DNA of 34,818 bases from an uncultured Lachnospiraceae bacterium. GTDB lineage: Bacteria; Bacillota; Clostridia; Lachnospirales; Lachnospiraceae. Positions within the stretch are counted from its first letter, which is position 1. The number at the start of each line of letters is the position of its first letter. The DNA lies in assembly GCA_946630035.1 (NCBI GenBank), contig CAMOYN010000001.1, positions 1 to 34,818 of the forward strand, given 5' to 3'. The notes under the pieces were generated by a model. The model made no database searches. It saw only the letters and a list, made by a program, of their open reading frames with translations, and had not been told where the DNA came from. Shown piece after piece: positions 8,034-15,172 of the stretch. The position numbers were made by a program, and so were the translations under genes.

Positions 8034-8549
8034 ATGAGCGACAAAAGGGCTCGCAAAAGGAAAAAAAGAAAAAAAAGATTTGTGCGCTTCATGTGCCGAC
8101 TGACAGGAACACTGATCCTGCTGGCTGTGATTGCGGCCTGCGCCAGTGTGACACTGCCTCGTTATTTTGGATATGAGATCTTCCATGTGGTGAGTGGAAG
8201 TATGGAACCGAAGATTCCGGTAGGAAGTATTGCCTATGTGGAGAAGGTCCCTCCGGAGACGATTGAGAAGGGACAGATTATCGCCTTTTACAGCGGCAAC
8301 TCGGTGATTATTCACCGGGCGGTGAAGAACCAGGTAGTAGAAGGTTATTTCAATACAAAAGGGGATGCCAACGACGGAGAAGACATGAACAATGTGGATT
8401 ACGATCAGATCATAGGAGTGGTCCGATTCCATTATCCTGTCCTGGGGCAGTGGTTCATGGTCTTTACCTCAGAGGTTGGCAAGCTTTACGTGATCTGCTT
8501 TGCGGCCTGCGGGGCACTGTTGAATATCGTAGCAGGCCGTCTTGAATAA
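8034..8549 (+). CDS. sipW: ER/archaeal-type signal peptidase I (S26B), SipW
   Basis: The N-terminus is basic and followed by a TM segment. VVSGSMEPKIPVGSIAYV carries the catalytic Ser, IIHRAV carries the catalytic His, and the TKGDAN motif and a C-terminal TM are present. It is collinear with B. subtilis SipW (VVLSGSMEPEF...THRIV...TKGDNN). Confidence 0.9.
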   Translation: MSDKRARKRKKRKKRFVRFMCRLTGTLILLAVIAACASVTLPRYFGYEIFHVVSGSMEPKIPVGSIAYVEKVPPETIEKGQIIAFYSGNSVIIHRAVKNQVVEGYFNTKGDANDGEDMNNVDYDQIIGVVRFHYPVLGQWFMVFTSEVGKLYVICFAACGALLNIVAGRLE

Positions 8550-8604
8550 TGAAAATAGATCCTTGATGGGATAAATATAGAGTTTTATGGGGAGGTGAGA
8601 GCGG

Positions 8605-9495
8605 ATGCAGCAGAAGATGCGGCGGATACTGGCCTGTGGGATGGCATGTATTCTGGGGATCATCGGAGGCAGCATGCGCCCTCAGGCCGCTTATGAAGCG
8701 CCGGCGATGGAGATGGCTGCGTTTCATGAAGGAGCGGCTGAAGGAAATGATTCAGTAAAGATTGATTTGTCACAGACATCGCAGGGGATTGTGGCAGCGA
8801 CCGCCAAGGCCGCAGGAAAAGTGAAGTTTCAGGTGATACTGGGCGAGGCAGCGTATACCTATGACCTGTCCTCCGAAGGGGCACCGGGGGTTTTCCCTCT
8901 GCAGAGCGGAAACGGACACTATTCCTTCCGGGTGCTGGAAAATGTTTCCGGCTCCAAATACGCGATGTTATATCAGACCGAAGCGGACGTACAGATCGAA
9001 GATGAGTTTGCACCCTTTCTGCGGCCCAGTGTCTACACCAATTACTCGGCGGCTTCGGCCTGCGTGACGAAAGCCAGAGAGCTGGCTGCGACGGCAGAGG
9101 ATGCGAATGGCGTGGTACACGCCGTCTTTGACTTTATCTGCAGCAATGTTGTCTATGACCGGGAGAAAGCGGCAACGGTACAGGCCGGTTATGTGCCGAA
9201 ACCGGATGAGACTCTGAGCACCGGCAAGGGGATCTGCTTTGACTATGCGGCTCTGGCAGCGGCGATGCTGCGGAGTCAGGGGATTCCCACCAAGATGATT
9301 TTCGGATATGTGTCACCGAACGATGTCTATCACGCGTGGAACATGTTCTATACGGAGGATACCGGCTGGGTGACTGTGGATTACCAGGTGAGTGAGGACA
9401 GCTGGAACCGGCTGGACCTTACGTTTTCAGCCAACGGAGCCGATGGAAGTTTCATCGGTGATGGCAGCAATTATACAGATGTTTATTATTACTGA
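8605..9495 (+). CDS. Secreted transglutaminase-like (Cys-His-Asp core) domain protein
   Basis: The RBS is GGGGAGGTGAGAG. The signal peptide is MQQKMRRILACGMACILGIIGGSMRPQAA/YE. The transglutaminase core reads GKGICFDYAALAAAMLRSQGIPTKMIFGYV ... YHAWNMFY ... GWVTVD. Confidence 0.85.
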   Translation: MQQKMRRILACGMACILGIIGGSMRPQAAYEAPAMEMAAFHEGAAEGNDSVKIDLSQTSQGIVAATAKAAGKVKFQVILGEAAYTYDLSSEGAPGVFPLQSGNGHYSFRVLENVSGSKYAMLYQTEADVQIEDEFAPFLRPSVYTNYSAASACVTKARELAATAEDANGVVHAVFDFICSNVVYDREKAATVQAGYVPKPDETLSTGKGICFDYAALAAAMLRSQGIPTKMIFGYVSPNDVYHAWNMFYTEDTGWVTVDYQVSEDSWNRLDLTFSANGADGSFIGDGSNYTDVYYY

Positions 9496-9521
9496 GTATA
9501 GCAGCAGAGGAAGAGGTGCTT

Positions 9522-10571
9522 ATGAGCCAAAGAAAACTGGACAACCTGGGAGTCAGCGCTTTCTGTGAAAGTATGGCTATGATGATTCAGGCCGGCATCC
9601 AGACCGATGAGGCGATCGCCTTGCTGGGACAGAACCACGCCCATGTCACGGGTGGTGTTCTGGAGACGGCCATAGATAAGATGAAAGAGAAGGTGGAGAT
9701 AGGAGAAAGCCTGTCCTCTGCGATGCGCGAGAGTGAAATATTCCCGGAGTATGCTCTGCAGATGATAGCGGCCGGTGAGTCGGCCGGCCGGCTGGAAGAC
9801 GTGCTGTTCCGTCTCTCCCGTTACTATGCGGATCAGAAAACCATCAGTGAGAAGCTGAAAAATGCGGTCACTTATCCGGCCGCCATGCTGGTTCTGATCA
9901 TCGCCGTGCTGGCGGTGATGCTGACGATGGTGCTTCCCGCCTTTTCCGATGTCTATGATAATCTGACAGGAAGCCTGTCTTCTTCCACCTACAGTTACAT
10001 TCACTGGGCCTATGGATTCTGCTGGGTAGCCCTGGTCGTGATGGTGATTCTGGCCGTTCTGCTGATTGGCGGGCTGTGGCTCTGGAACCGCGGTGAGAAA
10101 AAGAAGGTGGAGGGACTGCTCCGGAAAATCCCGGTATGCAGAGACATCCTGGACACGATGGGGATGTTCCGGTTTACTTCCGCTCTGGAGACCTTCCTGG
10201 CCAGCGGCGAGATGCAGGATATCGCGGTGATCGACAGTATTGCCATGACGGACTGTGCTCCCGTGGAAGAGAAACTGAAACGATGCGTTTCCCGCATGGA
10301 AGAGGGACACAGCATTGCCCAGGCCGCCTATGATGAAGAGCTGTTTGAACCGGTGTATGGCCGGATGCTTCTGGCGGGTGAGCGAAGCGGCAGCATGGAG
10401 AATGTGCTGAGCCGTCTGACCGGACTCCTGGAAGAGAACTGCGGAAGCATGGTGGATCATCTGGTAGGTATCGTGGATCCTCTGCTGTCCGGTGTTTTGA
10501 TGGTAACCGTGGGATTATCCCTTCTGAGCGTCATGCTTCCTCTGATCGGTATGATGAACGCTGTGGGGTAA
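9522..10571 (+). CDS. pilC: Type II secretion / type IV pilus platform protein (GspF/PilC family)
   Basis: I prefer the ATG at 9522 (GAGGAAGAGG 5 nt upstream) over the GTG at 9516. Two T2SSF-type repeats are present: GESLSSAMRESEIFPEYALQMIAAGESAGRLEDVL and GHSIAQAAYDEELFEPVYGRMLLAGERSGSMENVL. TM segments lie between them. Confidence 0.9.
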   Translation: MSQRKLDNLGVSAFCESMAMMIQAGIQTDEAIALLGQNHAHVTGGVLETAIDKMKEKVEIGESLSSAMRESEIFPEYALQMIAAGESAGRLEDVLFRLSRYYADQKTISEKLKNAVTYPAAMLVLIIAVLAVMLTMVLPAFSDVYDNLTGSLSSSTYSYIHWAYGFCWVALVVMVILAVLLIGGLWLWNRGEKKKVEGLLRKIPVCRDILDTMGMFRFTSALETFLASGEMQDIAVIDSIAMTDCAPVEEKLKRCVSRMEEGHSIAQAAYDEELFEPVYGRMLLAGERSGSMENVLSRLTGLLEENCGSMVDHLVGIVDPLLSGVLMVTVGLSLLSVMLPLIGMMNAVG

Positions 10572-10656
10572 AAGAGCGCGGCGAAGGAATGAGAATCAGC
10601 GAAGTAACCCGGAGTAACCCCAGGAAACCGATGGATTTCCGGAAACAGGAGGTGCC

Positions 10657-10986
10657 ATGTATTCAGATAAGAAAAAGTTCAGATGGTCATGGCTCCTGGC
10701 AGGCGTATTGCTTGTAGCTCTGTTGGCAGCCGGCGGTGCGTTTTTCCGGATACGGGGAGGCGCGGACATTCATCAGGAGGCGGTTGTCTCTGTGAGGGAA
10801 GCCGTGGAGCGCGCGGCACTTCAATGCTATGTGGTCGAGGGGGCCTATCCCTCGGATCTGGAATATCTGACAGAAAACTATGGACTGGCGGTAAATACGA
10901 GGGATTTCTATATACGTTATGATGCGTTTGCCTCGAACCTTCCGCCCGATGTGAGAGTGGAACCAAAGCCGAAAGAAGAGAGGTGA
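10657..10986 (+). CDS. Pseudopilin-like small membrane protein with no canonical prepilin cleavage motif
   Basis: The RBS is AGGAGGTGCC. A single N-terminal hydrophobic helix (WSWLLAGVLLVALLAAGGAFF) is followed by AALQCYVVEGAYPSDLEYLTENYGL. This resembles the A..Y...G.YP..L..L..GY head-domain motif of GspG/ComGC-type pseudopilins. No G/FTLxE motif is present. Confidence 0.55.
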   Translation: MYSDKKKFRWSWLLAGVLLVALLAAGGAFFRIRGGADIHQEAVVSVREAVERAALQCYVVEGAYPSDLEYLTENYGLAVNTRDFYIRYDAFASNLPPDVRVEPKPKEER

Positions 10987-10993
10987 GTGCGGG

Positions 10994-11470
10994 ATGAGGG
11001 AGCAAAAGGGTTCTCCGCTGGGATTCTATATGCTGGGAATCTGTGCCCTGTTTCTGGCGAGCTTTCTGCTTCTGGTAGTTCTCGGCGCAGGAGTGTACCG
11101 CCGGACTACCGGCAGCCAGAATCAGAACAATCAGACCCGGGCTCTGCTGTCTTATCTTGCTACGGTGGTTCGCGCCAACGATATGAGCGGCGGTATCCAT
11201 GTAAGGGAAGGAGCAGCTCCGGACGGGCAGCTGCTGCTGATCGCGGAAGATGGCAGCGGATATGGTTCCCGGATCTATCCCTACGGGGAATATCTGCTGG
11301 AAGATTATGGCGAAGTGGAAGGGGAGTTTGACCCGGAGCACGCGCTGAAGATCGGCAAGATTCAACAGTTTGAGATCGACTGGGATAAGGATCAGAATTC
11401 TTTATGGATTACAGCCAATGATAATCATCTGCTGTTGCACCTCCGAAGCGAAGGGGGTGTCAGCGAATGA
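10994..11470 (+). CDS. Small membrane protein, possibly DUF4860-like (family recalled from memory, unverified), with a degenerate prepilin-like N-terminus
   Basis: The RBS is GAGAGGTGA. The N-terminus is MREQKGSPLG/FYMLGICALFLASFLLLVVL, with Gly-Phe ahead of the hydrophobic helix and Gly instead of Glu at +5. Its stop overlaps the next start (ATGA). Confidence 0.5.
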   Translation: MREQKGSPLGFYMLGICALFLASFLLLVVLGAGVYRRTTGSQNQNNQTRALLSYLATVVRANDMSGGIHVREGAAPDGQLLLIAEDGSGYGSRIYPYGEYLLEDYGEVEGEFDPEHALKIGKIQQFEIDWDKDQNSLWITANDNHLLLHLRSEGGVSE

Positions 11471-11898
11471 AGAAAAAGGGACATATAACTGCTTTTTACA
11501 TTGAAACACTGGTTATGATCACCGTGGTGATCGGCATTCTGCTGGTACTGTCTCAGATCATGGGGCTTTCCAGAAAGCAGAGTATCCGTGCCAAACGGCT
11601 GACCGAGGCTGTGACCATTGCCCAGAGCATGGCGGAGGCCTCCGTGGGCTGTGGTGACCTGGCATCCTTTCCCCTGGAACTGGGGGAAGCATCTCTGGGA
11701 GAAGAGACCGAAGGAAAAGAAGTTCTCTCCGGGACCTATCTTTGGTCCGATGAGGGAGAGGGAACAACCCTCTATCGGGTTCAGGTGCTGAGAACCCGGA
11801 TGGATGCGATGGCAGAGGACGAGATCTCTGTATTCCCGGCGGAGGGCGAGGAGCCCATCTACACCTTGCATGTGCGGCACAGAGAGGGGGAAACATGA
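11467..11898 (+). CDS. Pseudopilin-like protein with a degenerate class III signal
   Basis: The N-terminus is MKKKGHITAFYIETLVMITVVIGILLVL (compare the canonical KKGFTLIELLVVIAIIGIL). The Glu is displaced by one position and three residues are inserted after the Gly. It overlaps both neighbouring genes by ATGA. Confidence 0.55.
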   Translation: MKKKGHITAFYIETLVMITVVIGILLVLSQIMGLSRKQSIRAKRLTEAVTIAQSMAEASVGCGDLASFPLELGEASLGEETEGKEVLSGTYLWSDEGEGTTLYRVQVLRTRMDAMAEDEISVFPAEGEEPIYTLHVRHREGET

Positions 11899-12299
11899 AT
11901 CAGACGCCTGTTAAACTGGGACCGCTGGCCTTGCTGCTGACGGTGGTCAGCATCTGTCTGACAACATTGGCGATTCTGACCTTCTCAACCGCCCGGGCGG
12001 ACATGAGACTGGCAGAGAAATATGCCGATATGGTTTCCCTGCGATATGAACTGATGAATGAAGGAGAAGATTTCCTTCAAAGTGCCGAAGAGATGGCTGC
12101 GATGAGCATACCGGTTCGTTCCGTACCGGGCACCACGGCGGATGCACAGGGTGTAATTCGTTATGATCTGGAAAAGGATGGCATGCAGCTTACCATCGGT
12201 GTCCGGGAAGAGGCACAAAAGATATCCGTAGTGGATTATCGTATAACGAAGGAATGGGAAGAGGATCTGGATCTTGGAAATCTCTGGCCTGGATTCTGA
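11895..12299 (+). CDS. Small membrane protein (possible minor pseudopilin)
   Basis: The RBS is GAGGGGGAAAC. The N-terminus is MNQTPVKLG/PLALLLTVVSICLTTLAILTF, with a Gly just before a single hydrophobic helix. It is translationally coupled to the upstream gene. Confidence 0.45.
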   Translation: MNQTPVKLGPLALLLTVVSICLTTLAILTFSTARADMRLAEKYADMVSLRYELMNEGEDFLQSAEEMAAMSIPVRSVPGTTADAQGVIRYDLEKDGMQLTIGVREEAQKISVVDYRITKEWEEDLDLGNLWPGF

Positions 12300-12348
12300 T
12301 AATCAGGATTAATCCTGCATGGATGACAGAGAACGGGAGGGGAGTAAA

Positions 12349-13410
12349 ATGAACATCACTGAGATTCTGCAAAAGGCACTGGATGCCGGAGCTGCAGATA
12401 TATTTCTGATCGCCGGTCTGCCGGTTACGTTTAAGTGTAATGGGCACCAGGAAAGGATGCCCGGTGACCGGCTTTTGCCGGACAGTATTCAGACTCTGGT
12501 AGAGGAGATTTATGATGTGAGTCATCGTACCAGAGTCAACCTGGAACAGGGGATCGACGATGATTTCTCCTTTTCGCTGTCTCAGATGGGGCGTTTCCGT
12601 GTCAATGTCTTCCGGCAGAGAGGTTCTCTGGCGGCGGTAATCCGGGTGATTCACTTCGGACTGCCGGATCCCGTGGCACTGGGAATCCCGGAATCGGTTC
12701 TGTCCCTGGCGGACAATAAAAAAGGACTGGTACTGATCACAGGTTCCGCAGGAACCGGAAAATCAACAACCCTGGCCTGTATGATCGACCGGATCAACCG
12801 GCAGAGAGACTGCCACATCATTACGATGGAGGATCCGATCGAATATATTCACCGGCACGATAAAGCGATCGTGACCCAGAGAGAGATATCCATCGATACG
12901 CCGGGCTATCTCGAGTCTCTTCGTTCGGCGCTGAGAGAGAGTCCCGATGTGATTCTTCTGGGGGAGATGAGAGACTATGATACCATTTCTGCCGCGCTGA
13001 CCGCTGCAGAAACCGGTGTGCTTCTCTTCTCGACATTGCACACCAGCAGTGCATCGAATACGATCAACCGTATTCTGGATGTCTTCCCGGCCAACCAGCA
13101 GCAGCAGGTGAAGATTCAGCTGGCGCAGATTCTGAAAGGCGTGGTCTGCCAGCAGCTGGTACCGAAGATTGGCGGAGGACAGACAGCTGTATTTGAAATC
13201 ATGAAGACGACGACCGCCATTCAGAATATGATCCGGGAAGATAAACTGCATCAGCTGGATTCCGCGATGCAGGCCGGAGCCGCCGATGGCATGTGCACCA
13301 TGGATGGCAGCCTCCTCAGGCTGGTGAAAGAGGGAAAGATAACGAAGGAAACCGCCATGATTTCCTGCGTACATTATGAGAATATGAGTAAACGTCTGGG
13401 TGTCAGATGA
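12349..13410 (+). CDS. pilT: PilT-family hexameric secretion ATPase
   Basis: I prefer the ATG at 12349 (GGGAGGGGAG upstream) over the ORF-track start at 12319. Motifs seen: AADIFLIAGLP; GRFRVNVFRQRGSLAAVIRVI; Walker A GSAGTGKST; ITMEDPIEY; Walker B VILLGEMRD; LLFSTLHT; and the PilT-type signature AIQNMIREDKLHQ. At 353 aa it is the size of PilT or ComGA rather than PilB or GspE. Confidence 0.9.
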   Translation: MNITEILQKALDAGAADIFLIAGLPVTFKCNGHQERMPGDRLLPDSIQTLVEEIYDVSHRTRVNLEQGIDDDFSFSLSQMGRFRVNVFRQRGSLAAVIRVIHFGLPDPVALGIPESVLSLADNKKGLVLITGSAGTGKSTTLACMIDRINRQRDCHIITMEDPIEYIHRHDKAIVTQREISIDTPGYLESLRSALRESPDVILLGEMRDYDTISAALTAAETGVLLFSTLHTSSASNTINRILDVFPANQQQQVKIQLAQILKGVVCQQLVPKIGGGQTAVFEIMKTTTAIQNMIREDKLHQLDSAMQAGAADGMCTMDGSLLRLVKEGKITKETAMISCVHYENMSKRLGVR

Positions 13411-13442
13411 CGTAAATAGTGGACGAGAGATTACAGAGAAAA

Positions 13443-14693
13443 ATGGAAATGGATAAGAATTTAAACGAACAGGATATTTTGTATGTAAAAATGTTTGGAA
13501 ACTTCTCCATGACATGGCATGGAAAAGCGCTGGCAGGCGAGGCTAAATCCCTGGAGTCCCAGTTCATTCTACTGATGGAAATTCTGCTGCATAATCGTGA
13601 AAAAGGAGTCACACGAGATCAACTGGAAAGAGCTCTGTTTGAAAACCGGGACATCGATGATGTGCACCATGCGCTGAGAACCGTTATCTATAATGCAAGG
13701 AAAAAGCTGAAAAAATATGGGTTGCCCGATGTGAATTACATTGTTTCCGAGAAAGGGGTCTACACCTGGACGAAGGAGATTCCGGTGGTGGAGGATGCCA
13801 CGGAGATGGAAAAAATGATGGCTCAGGCGGAGGAAGAGACCGATCCGGCAAAGAAGAAAGCATTGTATCTGGATGCATGTCATTGCTATACCGGCGAGTT
13901 CCTCTCCAGTCAGATCGGGATTGTATGGATTGCAAGGGAAGCCAGAAAATACAGAGAATTGTTTTTTGACTGCGTGAATAAGACGGTGGAACAGCTGCGG
14001 GTTTCCCATGACTATTTCCAGATGGAGTCGCTGGGGTATTATGCGTCGAAACTGCATCCGCTGGAGAACTGGGAAATCGTGACCATGGAAGCATTGACGG
14101 CCATGGGACGCTATGATGATGCGGTAAAGCTGTACGAGGATACCGTGGATCTCTACTTCCGGGAGGAAGGACTGAAGCCTTCGGGACGTCTGATGGAGAT
14201 GCTGGATGAACTGGGAAGCAGTATGGAACATCAGCATGCCGTCCTGGATGACATTCAGGGAGACCTGGCCGAAGAGGGAGAGCCCGGCGGTGGGTATGCC
14301 GTTTCCTACCCGGTGTTCCAGGGAATCTATCGTATGATTGAACGGCTGCTGGAACGCGGCGGCCAGTCGGTATTTCTGATGCTGTGCACGGTGGTGGACA
14401 GTAAAGGGAATCCAATGAGAGAAGGGAGCGCTCTGGAGGAGCTGTCCCAGCGTCTGGGAGAAGCGATCCACAATTCCGTGCGGCACAGCGATACGATGAC
14501 CCGCTATGGGAGAGGACAGTATCTGGTTCTTCTGGTTAATACCACTCTGGAAGACTGTAAGATTGTTCAGAAGAGAATTAATCTGCATTTTATTAAAGGA
14601 CGTCAAAGAACGGGAATCAAGTATCACGTGAATTCAGTAATCTGCGAGCCGGATATTATATTCCACTCAAAAGGACCGGAGGACAGAGAATAA
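13443..14693 (+). CDS. SARP-like winged-helix / BTAD regulator fused to a degenerate GGDEF domain with an intact RxxD I-site
   Basis: The start is uncertain (GTG 13419, ATG 13443 or ATG 13449). The N-terminus reads ILYVKMFGNFSMTWHGKAL...QFILLMEILLHNREKGVTRDQLERALF...ALRTVIYNARKKL, which is SARP/OmpR-like. ALYLDACHCYTGEFLS is a BTAD-like string. The C-terminus reads VFLMLCTVVDSKG...LGEAIHNSVRHSDTMTRYGRGQYLVLLVN. It aligns with PleD RAIDLPCRYGGEEFVVIM: RHSD corresponds to the RxxD I-site and GRGQY replaces GGEEF. Confidence 0.75.
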   Translation: MEMDKNLNEQDILYVKMFGNFSMTWHGKALAGEAKSLESQFILLMEILLHNREKGVTRDQLERALFENRDIDDVHHALRTVIYNARKKLKKYGLPDVNYIVSEKGVYTWTKEIPVVEDATEMEKMMAQAEEETDPAKKKALYLDACHCYTGEFLSSQIGIVWIAREARKYRELFFDCVNKTVEQLRVSHDYFQMESLGYYASKLHPLENWEIVTMEALTAMGRYDDAVKLYEDTVDLYFREEGLKPSGRLMEMLDELGSSMEHQHAVLDDIQGDLAEEGEPGGGYAVSYPVFQGIYRMIERLLERGGQSVFLMLCTVVDSKGNPMREGSALEELSQRLGEAIHNSVRHSDTMTRYGRGQYLVLLVNTTLEDCKIVQKRINLHFIKGRQRTGIKYHVNSVICEPDIIFHSKGPEDRE

Positions 14694-15172
14694 TGGCAAA
14701 TTCACAATGCTATATCGGGACTCCCAATGGCGTAGTTTTGTGTGTTGACCGGAAATCAGGCGACGGCCTGGATGGACATTTCTGGCATGGATACAGGGAA
14801 GATGCCGTGAAATTTTCAAGACTGTATGAATTTGTACAGGAGCTGGAAAAATTCTTTGATGAGATCCGTTTTCCGTACCGCGGTACGACGATGCGTACGT
14901 TCGGAGTGGCAGCAGTTCCCAGACAGAGACAGGAGAAAACGAGGGTTATGGCAGACGAGAAACTACTGGAAAAGAGAGGCGACCTGGGGACTTTCATCGT
15001 TCGGGTGCAGCACCGTCAGAACAGCAGCTGGCAGGGACGTCTGACCTGGATTGAAGAAGACAAAACGGTATATTTTCGCTCCATCTGGGAGATGATAAAG
15101 CTGGTGGAGAGCGCTCTGGATACCGTGGATTCGGAAGAATTGATGGAGAATGTTTCCTGGTCGGAAGAGTGA
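14693..15172 (+). CDS. Hypothetical cytoplasmic protein built from two copies of a domain of about 45 aa
   Basis: The start overlaps the upstream stop (TAATG), and GGAGG lies 10 nt upstream. The two halves align: VVLCVDRKSGDGLDGHFWHGYREDAVKFSRLYEFVQELEKF and FIVRVQHRQNSSWQGRLTWIEEDKTVYFRSIWEMIKLVESA. I do not recognise the family. Confidence 0.6.
   Translation: MANSQCYIGTPNGVVLCVDRKSGDGLDGHFWHGYREDAVKFSRLYEFVQELEKFFDEIRFPYRGTTMRTFGVAAVPRQRQEKTRVMADEKLLEKRGDLGTFIVRVQHRQNSSWQGRLTWIEEDKTVYFRSIWEMIKLVESALDTVDSEELMENVSWSEE

Noticed and set aside
9489-10460. A 323-aa ORF on the - strand
   Set aside because: It is the antisense shadow of the PilC/GspF gene, whose duplicated T2SSF motifs are unambiguous on the + strand.
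2241-13410. The fibre/pseudopilus region as a mobile genomic island or conjugative-element cargo
   Set aside because: No integrase, transposase, relaxase, tRNA or flanking direct repeats are visible in the window. Only the internal 3.8-5.6 kb block has deviant composition.
13569-14627. A 352-aa ORF on the - strand (and 13684..14415 on the - strand)
   Set aside because: Both are antisense to the SARP-GGDEF gene and have no recognisable domains.
14693-15172. A PilZ domain in the 159-aa unknown protein
   Set aside because: NSSWQG fits (D/N)xSxxG and RVQHR fits RxxxR. However, the two motifs are adjacent rather than 20-30 residues apart, and the first repeat lacks them. This is probably coincidence.
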